From: the human T2T-CHM13v2.0 reference genome, Homo sapiens
Reading direction: 5' to 3' (one strand)
DNA length: 64,000 nt
Assembly: GCF_009914755.1 (NCBI RefSeq)
Contig: NC_060945.1
In this document: positions 1 to 11,820 of the stretch, piece by piece
Position numbering within the stretch: position 1 is the stretch's first letter
How the letters are laid out: every line of letters starts with the position of its first letter
Made by a program: the position numbers and the translations under genes
The notes under the pieces: model-generated
Databases searched by the model: none
Seen by the model: only the letters and a program-made list of their open reading frames with translations
What the model was told of the DNA's origin: nothing

Positions 1-1912
1 TTTAACCAAATAAGTGAAAGATCTGTATAATGAAAACTATAAAACACTGATGAAGGAAATTGAAGAGGACACCAAAAAATGGAAAAATATTCCATGTTCA
101 TGGATTGGAAGAATCAATATTGTTAAAATGTCCCTACTACCCAAAGCAATCTACAGATTCAATGCAATTTCTGTCAAAATACCAATGACATTCATCACAG
201 AAAAAGAAAAAAAATTCCTAACAATTATATGGAACAAGAAAACATCCAGAATAGCCAAAGCAATCCTGAGTAAAAAGAACAAAACTCGAGGAATCACATT
301 ACCTGACTTCAAACTATACTACAGAGCTATAGCAACCAAAATGGCACGATACTGACATAAAGACTGACACGTAGACCAATGAGAATAGAGAACCCAGAAA
401 CAAGACATGCCTATAGTGAATATATTTTTGACAAAGGTGCCAAGAACATACACTGGGGAAAAGACAGTCTCTTCAATAAATGGTGCTGGGAAAACTTGAT
501 GTACAGATGCAGAAGAATGAAACTAGGTCCCTATCTCCAACCATATACAAAAATCAAATCAAAATGGATTAAAGACTTAAGTCTAACACCTCAAAATATA
601 AAACTACTACAAGAAAACATTGGGGAAATTATCCAGGACATTGATCTAAGCAAAGATTTCTTGAGCAATACCCCACAAAGAGGGACAACCAAAGCAAAAA
701 CGGATGAGTAGGATCACATCAAGTTAAAAAGCCCCTACATAGCAAAAGATACAATTAACAAAGTGAATAGACAACCCACAGAATGGGAGAAAATATTTGC
801 AAACTACAACTAACTACTCACCTGACAAGGGATTAATAATCAGAATACATAAGGAGCTCAAACAACTCTATAGGAAAAAAAAAACCTAATATTCCAATCA
901 AAAGATGGGCAAAAGGTCTGAATAGACATTACCCAAAATAAGACATACAAATAGAAAACAGGCATATGAAAAGTGCTCAACATCACTGATCATCAGATAT
1001 ATGCAAAAAAAGAAAACATCTAACAATGAGATATCATCTCACCCTCGTCAAAATGGCTTATACCCAAAAGACAGGCAATAACAAATGCTTGCAAGGATGT
1101 GGAGAAAAGGGAACCTCCTTGTACACTGTTGGTGGAAGTGTAAATTGGTACAACCACTATAGAGAAGAGTTTGGAAGTTCCTCAAAAAACTAAAAATTGA
1201 GCTACCATATGATCCAGCAATCCCACTGCTGGGTACATACCCAAGAGAGGAAATCTCTATATTAAAGAGATATCTGCACACCTATGTTTGTTGTGGCACT
1301 GTTTACAATAGCTAAGATTAGGAGGCAACTTACATGCCCATCAGTGGATAAATGGATAAAGAAAATGTGAAACATATACACAACGGAGTACTATTCAGCC
1401 ATAAGAAAGAATGAGATCCAGTCATTTGCAACAACATGATGGAACCGAAGAAGATCATTATGTTAAGTGAAATAAGCCAGGCACAGAAAGAAAAACATCG
1501 CATGTTCTCACTTATTTGTGGGATCTAAAAATCAAAACGGCTGAACTCATGGACATAGCAATTTGAAGGGTGGTTACCAGAGGCTAGGAAGAGTAGCGGG
1601 GGATTTGGAGAGAGGTGGTGATGGTTAATAAGTATAAAAAAAAATAGAAAGAATAAATAAGACCTACTATTTGATAGCATAATAGAGTGACTATAGTCAA
1701 TAATAATTCTATATTTTTAAATAACTTTAAATAACTTTTAAATAACTTTAAAGAATGTAATTGGATTGTTTGTAACTCAGACAATCGAGAGGATTTTCCA
1801 TCATGTGCTTATTTTACATTGCATGCCTGTATCAAAACATCTCATGTACCCCAAAAATATGTACACCTACTATATACCCACAAAATTTTTTAAGTAAAAT
1901 TTAAAAAAAATT
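1..1912 (+). mobile_element. LINE-1 3' portion (L1MA2-like): broken ORF2 C-terminus, 3'UTR and A-rich tail
   Basis: ORFs 14-355 and 379-711 translate to L1 ORF2 motifs ([26 protein letters not shown]), interrupted by stops and frameshifts. The 3'UTR (GGGATCTAAAAATCAAAAC...CATTGCATGCCTGTATCAAAACATCTCATGTACCCC) matches the L1MA1-3 type. Confidence 0.9.
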
Positions 1913-2049
1913 AAATTGTATGCTTTTTTTTTTTTGTTAATCTGTCTTTTTTTATCGGGATCTTGGCCATGAACCTAAGATGAGAAGGAAAGATATTTCT
2001 TTTCCCCTACATGGCATTGCAAGGAATGAGTGAAGAACAATGTCTCCTT

Positions 2050-2125
2050 GCTTATATGTGTGTCTCTAGAAGTCAGCAAGCACCTCACACGTGGTAAACA
2101 CCCAAATGTTACTGGATGAATGAAT
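2050..2125 (+). mobile_element. L2 3'-end relic
   Basis: Degenerate 'cacgtggtaaacacccaaatgttactggatgaatgaat' resembles the L2 terminal (TGAA)n. Confidence 0.5.
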
Positions 2126-2280
2126 AAAGTAGCATTAATTGAGTTAAACGTGAGTGTTATAAGACACCTAACCACAATTCGAGAGGCTGTCTGGAGTAGG
2201 AGACTGGGCTAAGGCATGATTAGGCATAAGCAGCCATGAGAGTCGGTGGAGCAGTGTGTTTCAGACAGACCTCAGCGATC

Positions 2281-2622
2281 TTTTTTTCTCTCTCTTTTTT
2301 TTTCTTTTCTTTTTTTTTTTTTTTTTTTTTTTTTTGAGACAGAGTCGCACTCAGTCGCCCAGGCTGGAGTGCCGTGGCTCGATCTCGCTCACTGCAAGCT
2401 CCACCTCCTGGGTTCACGCCCTTCTCCTGCCTCAGTCTCCCGAGTAGCTGGGACTACAGGCACCTGCCACCATGCTCAGCTAATTTTCTTGTTGTTTTTT
2501 TTTTAGTAGAGACGGGGTTTCACCGTGTTAGCCAGGATGGTCGCGATCTCCTGACCTTGTGATCCACCCTCCTCGGCCTCCCAAAGTGCTGGGATTACAG
2601 GCATGAGCCACAACGCCAGGCC
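2281..2622 (-). mobile_element. AluY-like SINE
   Basis: Poly-T tail then full dimer; AluY-type 'cactgcaagctcc' and 'caccgtgttagccaggatggtc'. Confidence 0.95.
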
Positions 2623-2644
2623 TTTTTTTTATTTTAGAAATCTG

Positions 2645-3001
2645 TTTTTCTTTGTTTTCATAGGTTATTGGGGAACAGGTGGTGTTTGGTTATATGATTA
2701 AGTTCTTTAGTGGTGATTTGTGAGATTTTGGTGCACCCATCACCCAAGCAGTATACACAGCACACAATGTAATCTTTTATCCTTTACCCCCTTCCCATCC
2801 TTTCCCCTGAGTCCCCTGTGGCATTCTTATGCCTTTGCATCCTCATAGCTTAGCGCCCACTTATGAGTGAGAACATGTGATGTTTGGTTTTCCATTCCTG
2901 AGTTACTTCACTTAGAATAATAGTCTCCAATCTCATTCAGGCCACTGCAAATGCCATTAATTCATTCCTTTTTATTGCTGAGTAGTATTCTAGTGTGTCT
3001 G

Positions 3002-3032
<31 letters not shown>

Positions 3033-3993
3033 GTGTATGTGCCACAGTTTCTTTATCCATTCATTGATTGATGGGCATTTGGGTCGGTTCCACGTTTTGC
3101 AATTGTGAATTGTGCTGCTATAAACATGCATGTGCAAGTATCTTTATCTTTTTCGTATAATGATTTCTTTTCCTCTGGGTAGATACCCAGTAGTGGGATT
3201 GCTGGATCAAATGGTAGTTCTACTTTTAGTTCTTTAAGAAATCTCCACACTGTTTTCCATAGTGGTTGTACTAGTTTATGTTCCCACCAGCAGTGTAGAA
3301 GTGTTCCCAGTTCACCACATCCATGCCAACATCTATTATTTTTTGATTTTTTGTTTATGACCATTCTTGCAGGAGTAAGGTGGTATTGCATTATGGTTTT
3401 GATTTGCATTTTCCTGATCATAAGTGACATTGAGCATTTTTTCATATGTTTGTTAGTTATTTGTATATCTTCTTTTGAGAATTGTCTATTCATGTCCTTA
3501 GCCCACTTTTTGATGGAATTGTTTGTTTCTTACCTTGCTAATTTGTTTGAGTTGATTGTAGATTCTGGATATTAGTCCTTTGTTAGATGTATAGATTGTG
3601 AATACGTTCTCCCACTCTGTGGGTTGTCTATTTACTCTGCTGACTTTTCCAAATACTTACAGTCAACTGATCTTCAGCAAAGCAAACAAAAACATAAAGT
3701 GGGAAAGGACACCCTATTCAATAAATGGTGTTGGAATAATTGGCAAGCCACATGTAGGAGAATGATGATGGATCCTCATCTCTCACCTTATACAAAAATC
3801 AACTCAAGATGGATCTAGGACTTAAATCTAAGACCTGAAACTATAAAACTTCTAGAAGGTAACATTGGAAAAACCCTTCTAGATATTGGCCTATGCAAGG
3901 ATTTCATGACCAAGAACCCAAAGGCAAATGCAATAAAAAAAGATAAATAGCTGGGACTTAATTAAATTAAAGAGCTTTTACGTGGCAAAAGGA
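2645..3993 (-). mobile_element. L1PB1-like 3' end with inverted 5' segment (twin-priming structure)
   Basis: 2650-3650 is antisense L1PB 3'UTR and ORF2 end (ORF 3053-3493: LLHCWW...[14 protein letters not shown]). 3649-3993 is sense ORF2 (ORF 3624-3818: [10 protein letters not shown]). Degenerate TSD atctg(g)ttttt at ~2640 and ~3995. Confidence 0.88.
2994..3041. repeat. (TG)n microsatellite inside L1PB1
   Basis: gtgtctgtgtgtgtgt... run. Confidence 0.9.
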
Positions 3994-4113
3994 GATCTGG
4001 TTTTTAAACCTCTGTCAGTGCAGCTATGATTCTAATCCTGAGTGTCATTACTTATATCTTAAGTAAATCTCTATACCTTTCTTGGCCTTCGATCTTCATT
4101 TAAGAATGAGGAA

Positions 4114-4375
4114 TGTGATAGTTAATTTTATGTGTTAATTTGACTGGGTCACAGGGTACCCAGATATCTGGTCAAACATTATTCTGGGTGTTTATATGAA
4201 GATATTTTTGGATGAGATTAACATTTAAATCAGTAGAAATGAGATAAAGCAGATTATCCTCCATAATGTGGGAGGGCGTCATCCAATCAGTTGAAGGACT
4301 AAATAGAACAAAAGACTGATCCTTACTCAGGTGAGAGCAAATTCTCCTGACAGGCAGCCTTCTCACTGTCATATT
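4114..4375 (+). mobile_element. MLT2-family ERVL LTR, 5' part
   Basis: Begins tgtgatagttaattttatgtgt...; contains 'ataatgtgggagggcgtcatccaatcagttgaagg'. Confidence 0.8.
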
Positions 4376-4439
4376 GGCTCTTCTTCCCAATTAGCCTCTT
4401 CTTTTCTAATTGCTTAGCAAAGTTGTGCAGGGGATTGCT

Positions 4440-4635
4440 CAAAAATATGCAACTCTTCAGAAGCCTAGGCTTGGAACCATCATCTTGTCACTCCCGCCAC
4501 ATTTGATTTGCCGAAACATGTCCTGAGGCTAGCCCAGTTTCAGAGGAGAGGAGATGGACACCACCTCCTGATGGGAAGAAAGTTAAAGTCACATCGTGAA
4601 GAACTGGGAATGATTTTTGCAATCAGCCTACCACA
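4440..4635 (-). mobile_element. Old MLT1 (MaLR) LTR fragment
   Basis: 'gcctaggcttggaac...tgtcactcccgccacatt...ggctagcccag...acaccacctcctgatggga' pattern. Confidence 0.6.
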
Positions 4636-6894
4636 TTTATCTACCATCTTCATGCATTTTCCAAAAATTCCTTTACCAACTCTTTAACATTCTATTTATT
4701 CATGAGGTCTACATTACCATAACCATATATGAAATTGTGGGTTTAAAGTTAAAACTTTTTTATGTGCATTAGACATTATAACTCTTAAAAATTGAGAGAG
4801 AAAAACTTACCCACATACTTGAATAAGGTAGAGTTCAGAAGTTTGTACGGGATTCAGAGACTGATGGGAAATTCTCTAACATGCTGTGAGATAGTAAAAA
4901 TGATCTCTCTAACAAGTACTAGAGTCCCTGTTGTGTCCATAGCACTAGAATAAATGCAGGGGAAAGGACTAAGAACTTAAAACCTCTTTTAGGAGAGTTT
5001 GCAACGCAGAGTGGCCAACAGAATCATCTTGTCCACCTCCACACTAGCCAACCCATAAAGAATGTAAACCCTATGTCTATCATACAAAGAATAATTAAAA
5101 TGGTATTTGGAAAAGGAGGTGATCAAGTGGAAAGGAGGGATAGAAGAAGAAATCATGGACTGAATTGGCTTCAAGCTAGACCTTCAAATATGAGTAGGAG
5201 AAGAATAGATAACCTTAAGGTAGGGAGGCTTTTTAAATGGGAAAGAAGCCCCAGCTAGAGGCTCAAAGACAGTAAATAAAAAACCACAGTTAGAAGTCAG
5301 TAAAATTAGATATATAATGTTAAAACCAACATTATTCACATTATGGTATGTAAATGACATTATATAATACTTAGTTTTGGTCATCAACATGGTGGTCATT
5401 ATGCACATCTGAATTTAAGAGAGACAGGAAATATATATAAAGAGTTGAGAAATGGGGATGAATTCTACTTCTGGTAAGGTAGGGCTGCATACTTTGAACC
5501 AATATTCCTACTAAAGACAAGGTGAAAAAATGGACATTTTATCAAAGCCATTAGCCTAATGACACAAAAAGCTCAGAAAATGGTGAAAAATTATCAGGTG
5601 AAGATCCAAAAGAAGATTAAAGTGCAGAAAAGTGAATCCAGCTGAGAGGGTAATTTTTCCCTTGGGACCATTAGCTGCTCAGGACCTGGCCAGCACTTTT
5701 GATGGCTTCTCAGGGATAAAGACACCAAAGGTGGCATCTAGGCCCACATTTTAAGCTTGGGGCCCTAAAGACTACATTCTGAATCAACCTCAAGTAGCAC
5801 TGCCCTCACACTGACTGCAGCCCAGCTTCAAAGCAGCTAAATCTCTGAAATTGAGTTAAGGTGTTCTAAGGCTACCAGCAATTTAGAAATTTTGTTTTTC
5901 AGCCTGTTTCATGTTCCTTTCAGCTAAGTTTTCCTTCTACTGGACACAGGTGGAATCTCAATGAGAAAAGATATTCATGAGACTATTAAGGAAATATAAA
6001 ATGATGTATCATGTGTGCTGCAAAAGGGAATTTTATTTATTATGCTAAGGAATTTAGAGGAAAACATTGCAGCTTTGTTTATTTTAAAAAATAATAAAAT
6101 TAAAAGTTAAACTTTTTTATTGGTGGCCAACCAAGGACCATTCATATATTTGGCTGTCTTTTGACATCTCCTTTACTTGAAAATCCATTTAGAAGGCTTT
6201 TCTAATGTGCTATGTGTGGAAATTGGTTGCAAGATTTAGAACAAAAATAATTCTGAGTGACATGTGAATTATCAAGTCATAGCTGAGAGAACTAAATCCA
6301 GTTTCTGAAGAAATAATACAGTTAGCCTTGTACCATTGGCTCTGATGGAGTTTGATTTTTGTGAGGTATGGATGTTTTCAGTTTTTGATACATAGTCTCA
6401 AGATATAACTAAAAGTAGGCTTTGGTGCTATTTTTGGAGGTGTATAATCTGCTACTCTACTTAAAATGTTTTGGTACATCTTCCTGTTTAATTCATTTCT
6501 CTGAGTCCCAATATGTCAGAACAAGATGTCCTCCTTCTTTCATTTTGGGGGACCCAATTTTTATTTCTGTAATTTTAATTATCACTTGTCTACCCTCTTC
6601 TTTACAGTGTTTTTACATGTGGGCCACTTTGTTAAGTGACTAAGCAAAGCCTGAGCCACCAGATGCTGACTTGCAGGAAAAAAATGAACTTAATGTACTC
6701 CAGTAAATCCAGTGGTAAAATTTGCCACAGCCAGGTCTTATAGTACAACATATTAAACAGGAATCTGTGTCTAAGATATTCAAAATTATTTTAAATTTTT
6801 AGTAAAATCAGCAGAGAATAACCATGAAATAAAAAAAAAATGGAAGCAAATATAACCACATCATAAACAAAATGTACTCTTCCTCCAAACCTTC

Positions 6895-7316
6895 CATGGT
6901 AATTAATTTTATGTGTCATCTTAACTAGATTATGGTGCCCAGTTGGTTGGTAAAACCCTAGTCTACACATTGCTGCACAGTATTTTTTAGATGTGATTAA
7001 CATCTACAATTGGCTGGCTTTAAGTAAAGCAGATTACACTCCATAATGTGAGTGGGCCTCATCCAATCAGTTGAAGGCCTTGAGAGTAGAGACTGAGGTT
7101 TCCCAAAGTAGAAGAATTCTGTCTCCAGATTGTCACAAGGAAATTCTGCCTGAGTTTCCACCCTGAGTTTCCACCCTTCAGACTCAAGAATGCAATATCA
7201 ACTCTTATCTGAAATCTGAGTCCAGTTTTTCTGCCTGCCCCATGAATTTCAGGCTTGCCAGTCCCAATAATTGAGTCAATTCTTTAAAATAGATCTCTCT
7301 CTCTCAATCTCTCTCT

Positions 7317-7354
<38 letters not shown>

Positions 7355-7361
7355 TGTGTGT

Positions 7362-7407
<46 letters not shown>

Positions 7408-7432
7408 CCCTGGAGAACCCTGACTAATTCTT
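6895..7432 (+). mobile_element. MLT2 (MLT2D-like) solo LTR with internal compound microsatellite
   Basis: 'taattttatgtgtca...gggcctcatccaatcagttgaaggcc' start region; terminal 'ctggagaaccctgactaat'. Confidence 0.85.
7294..7405. repeat. (CT)n(GT)n compound microsatellite
   Basis: Directly visible. Confidence 0.95.
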
Positions 7433-8987
7433 ACACCTTCCAAGGAAGGAATAAGTTTCCAATGGTTATTTGTAACATTCCATGTAAATATCTGAATGCA
7501 TCTAACATACATGTAGAGTAGTATTTTTAATATTGCCTTTGCATTTTGTTTAAAACCAAATGGATAGTAGCCACTTATAACCCATTTATTATGTATAGCT
7601 GTTTTAATACTTTCCAGGAGGTTATGTTCTTTTGACCCTCTGAGGTTTCTTCCCATAGTTTCACCCTACTTTTGCTTTCATTCTAATCCTTAAAAGAGCA
7701 TGAAAGCTTATTCTTTTCCTCCCTGAGTAAATAAAACCAATATAGTTATGTCATCTTGTGGCCCTTTGTGTATTTTAGGCCAATTTTTTTTTCCTTTCAT
7801 GAAAGCAACTATTGACACAAAACTATTTAAACAACTATTATTTACATCTATAGGAAAAAATACTACTGATTTTTATAAAACAGTTGCCAGAGAATTATGA
7901 TTAAGGGCAATTTACGAAAGGCATGAGTGTTACGGCCATTGCTCAGGGCAACAACTAGTTGGGAAGAAACAAAAATAATTTGTTACAAAAGAAAAGTGAG
8001 TTAGTAATGGAAAAGTCTAGAAGATAAGTGTTTGATGAGTATATGAAGACTAATTTTGACATTTTCATTCTCAGCTTCTTGTAAGTAGGAGAAAAGAGTT
8101 CAGTTTTAGACAATCAAATGGAAAATTCTAAAAGGTACATTTAAGAATTTCTTAATCTTTTCTCATAATCTAATCAGACTGACTATATCACAAATAGTTG
8201 TCATGGAAAAGAAAAAAGTGTAGGCAGCTAAGGGAAGGAGATAGAGGAAACAAAAAAAGAACAGTTGATAAAATATCCAAAATTGCATAATACATTAAAC
8301 TTATAATTTTTCAAATGTCTTTATATAGTCACTTGGAGATGATGATTAACTGTATTAGTTTCTTCAAAACACACTTGGGAAGGTTTTAACGAAGTTATAT
8401 AAGTACCAGTGTTCACAGTATGGCAGGAGAATTTTATCTTAGCAACTGGTATTAGTGATCTAAAAATGTTTCGCCCTTCTATGAGCACCCTAAAATCTGT
8501 TCTTACACACACCCTCCAGATTTTTTCCAACTTAAATTAGCAAGTCTTTGACTCTTTTTATGTATATGACATCAACCAAACTTGCAAGTTTTTAATTTGT
8601 AGTTTATTCCCTTTGCTATACTGACACCAAACTCTAGTGACAGGTGTGGACAAAGTAGGGATAAGAGAGACGTGTGGGTAATGGACTGTTTCTTTAAGGA
8701 AATCACTATGGTGAGGCGGCAACAAAATAATCCTCAAGCAATGGAGAAAGAACTCTCAGACAAGAAAAAGAAATCTGCTTTTGAAGGTAGGAGATGCTTC
8801 ATGGAAGGTGGGCGAAAACCACCTATAGATCTGATTTCTGGTTCTTGAATTTAGATATTTGGGTTTAAAATTCCCTCCCTTTACACCATCTAATTCTACT
8901 AGAGTCATGCCACCATACAGGTCTTCCATTTTTGCTACCATACTTTGGTGGCAACAATGCTGTCTCCCAAACTTTGTTCCCAAGGGC

Positions 8988-9035
8988 ACACAGGATGACA
9001 TAATTAGCAGTACACAGGATGACTTAATTAGCAGT
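8988..9035. repeat. 24-bp tandem duplication
   Basis: acacaggatgacataattagcagt followed by acacaggatgacttaattagcagt (1 mismatch). Confidence 0.9.
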
Positions 9036-11357
9036 TTTCACAACTCTTTGTCATGGATTACTGAATTCCAAAACCAAAATATTAGGGAACTTCAACTAGA
9101 TGCATTCAGACCAGACAACCAATCCCATTTTCTCCATATTTTCCCAGGGATATTTAGTTTGTGTCTATCTGCTTTGCTTTCTGTATCAATTAAGAGGTTG
9201 TTTTGCAATAAGTAACAGAAACATACTGTGGATAGCTTAAATACGTATACTTTAAGGATATCAAGAGCTCACTATATTAATAGAAGGCTTGTCTGAAGCA
9301 GCATCTCTTAGCATCTCATCTGGCCCAGATGTGGGCACTGCTGTTGAGAATGAATTGCTATCGTTCTTGTATGCACCACGAAGTAAAGATTCCAAACCAT
9401 GTGTGGAAAATCCAGTTGAGAGAACTAAATCATCGTAACTGCTTGGCCGCCAGGCTGTTCCTTATCCTCTTTGCCCTTTGCAGTGGGAAATAAGATACTG
9501 CCTTCCAAAAGGAATCATCACGGTGGGAAATTACCTGCAAATAGGACACCACGCCAGCTCAAAATACAAGTGGGTACTGAGGTTCCTTATCCTTAGATGT
9601 TGCTATCCTTATACTCAGCATAATCTTCACCATTGACTAAAATGCCCTCTAATGTAGATAACTTGTATTTGCCTCTTAGAGAACTCTGAACTGCTGCCAC
9701 CTTGAACATGTCTTGGCTTCTTTTTTCCCCCTAGTAAGGATCAAAAGCAAGTTTTTTTTCATTGTAATTGTTCAGTCATCGTCAATCTATTAACTTGTGT
9801 TGATTTGCAAGGCGGCAGCCAAATGACTGTCACAATAACAAAAGCCAAGTCTCCTTTGATTGTAGAATCATCAATAATATTTATTCACTTGTCTCTGGCA
9901 TGAGACAATTACTTTTCTGCTCCAGAAAGGCCGTTTTAATTGAACTTGTATTTCCTGCTTCCCAGGCATTTTGAGTAGGAAGAGGGCAGACCTCCTCACC
10001 ATCTAATGCAATTGTTTTGCATCATCTTAATTTGAGTGGAGGCTGACATTCCTGAATTCCTGACTACATGCCAAGCTGTGGGGTGTGGCAAACAGCTCAG
10101 TTGTTTTAATTCCAGAAACTGAGTGATGACATTTTGCTAAGCTTCTGTCATATACGCCCTCATGAAGGGTGGGAAAATTTTGAACTCTGGGCTTCAGTTT
10201 ATGTGTTATGTTTAGTAAGTGTGTAAGTAACTAAAGCACCTTTGTTTACTTGGTTTTGACATTTGGAGAATGAGGTTTTCTCACCACAAGATAGAATACC
10301 AAGTGAATCTTGTTCTTCACACGTTCCTGATAAAGATGAAGAAACAAATGATTGAGAAGTTAAATGATAATTAAAAAAATGTGGTAAATACCAAATGAAT
10401 AGTGTAGGCAGAAAAGGGAATAAGAAAGAACTTTGGTGACGGTCATGGCAGCGGGAATGGTGGGCTATCCCTTTACCCCAAGTTCTGCATCACAGAGAAC
10501 AGGTTTAATTTTTTCTATGTTCAGATAAAAATCAACCAAAAAATTCTTTTAATTTGTACTACTGCTAGGTAAATATTTCTGCCTACATTCCCCTAGGAGA
10601 AGATACTAATGCGTAAACTTATTCCACTACTACCCCAAATAACTGTTCAAACCCAAAGTAAAGACTTGGACCCCAAGCCTGAATCTGGTACATGTGATCC
10701 CCAGGTTGCCAGCCTTAAATATGTATAACTTTGCATTGAACCCAAGGTTAGATCTTGGGGGGGAAATCTTTGAGTTGCTATGTCCAAGGGAAAATGTCTA
10801 TGAATGTGACCTGGGGCATCATGTCTTTTTGCCCAGACCCTGAGAGGACCTGCATCTGTTTTCAGACCAACTTCCATCTGGAACTTAATATCCGTACAAA
10901 ATGGATGATTTTAGGGGACTGCCTGTGGCTTAGGCAGAATTGTAGAGTCAAACAGAGAAAGAAATCATCTTTTTAATAAACTGGTGCTATAGGATTTTCC
11001 AGTTTAAACTCCAGTTACCCTTCCTTTATCCCTCCTGAATTGGTTTTATAAGTTTAAAAGAACAGACAATGAAGTCCTGTCAGACTGGTTCACACAAACT
11101 CCACAGCACCTGACAGGTTTGAAAAACACTAACATTTGAGTATTCCCAAGTGTCACACACTATCTGCACATATTCTGGGTATATGAGTATGGAAAGGAAG
11201 GGACTTCTCCAAAATATTTTACAAACCCTGAATTCCTCTAATGGGGTTAGAAACTCCTTTCCTAAATCACAACTTCAAGAAAAAAACTTCTGGAATCCTA
11301 CAATATAGTATCACCTCTAAATTTTTTCTGTCAAATCCACAGTACAATAAAGACTTC

Positions 11358-11658
11358 ATAAATAAAACTTATAAATAAAATTTATAAATAAAACTTATAA
11401 ATAAAATTCATTTATAAATAAATAAAATTTACAAATAAAATTTACAAATAAATTTATTTATAAATAAATTTACAAATAAAATTAATAAATAAATTTATTT
11501 ATAAATAAAATTATTTATATGTACATAACATTTATAAATAAAATTTATGTATTTATAAATAAAATTTATGTATTTATAATAAAATAAAATTTATTTATTC
11601 ATAAATAAAATAAAATTTGTAAGTAAAACTTATTTATTCATAAATAAAATAAATAAAA
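11358..11658. repeat. AT-rich degenerate minisatellite (~13-bp ATAAATAAAAYTT unit)
   Basis: Nearly pure A/T with repeated ataaataaaa(c/t)tt; perfect 24-bp palindrome at 11449-11472. Confidence 0.9.
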
Positions 11659-11820
11659 GAGTAGATGGGACTACAGGCCCAGATAATTGTTTTTTTTTTT
11701 TGGTAGAGACGAGGTTTCACCATGTTGGTCAGGCTGGTTTTGAACTTTTGACCTCAAGTGATCTGCCTGCGTCAGCCTCCCAAAGTGCTGGGATTACAGG
11801 TGTGAGCCATGGCTCCTGGC
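11659..11820 (-). mobile_element. Partial AluS/J (left arm plus part of right arm; tail end missing)
   Basis: gagtagatgggactacagg...gtagagacgaggtttcaccatgttgg...gtgagccatggctcctggc. Confidence 0.9.

Noticed and set aside
14-711. 113-aa and 110-aa ORFs as a protein-coding gene
   Set aside because: Fragments of L1 ORF2 broken by stops and frameshifts.
2220-2562. Alu-overlapping ORFs here and at ~16.0, 24.6-25.3, 35.0, 45.8, 50.4-51.0, 52.1, 58.2, 60.6 and 61.8 kb
   Set aside because: Typical Alu translation artefacts ([16 protein letters not shown]).
5460-5880. Possible very old L1M/HAL1 5' fragment; similarly possible old LTR pieces at ~9180-9550 and ~10640-10880
   Set aside because: Too diverged to assign by eye; needs a Dfam HMM search.
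8708-8848. 46-codon ATG ORF (MVRRQQNNPQAMEKELSDKKKKSAF...)
   Set aside because: No recognisable homology or promoter; length expected by chance.
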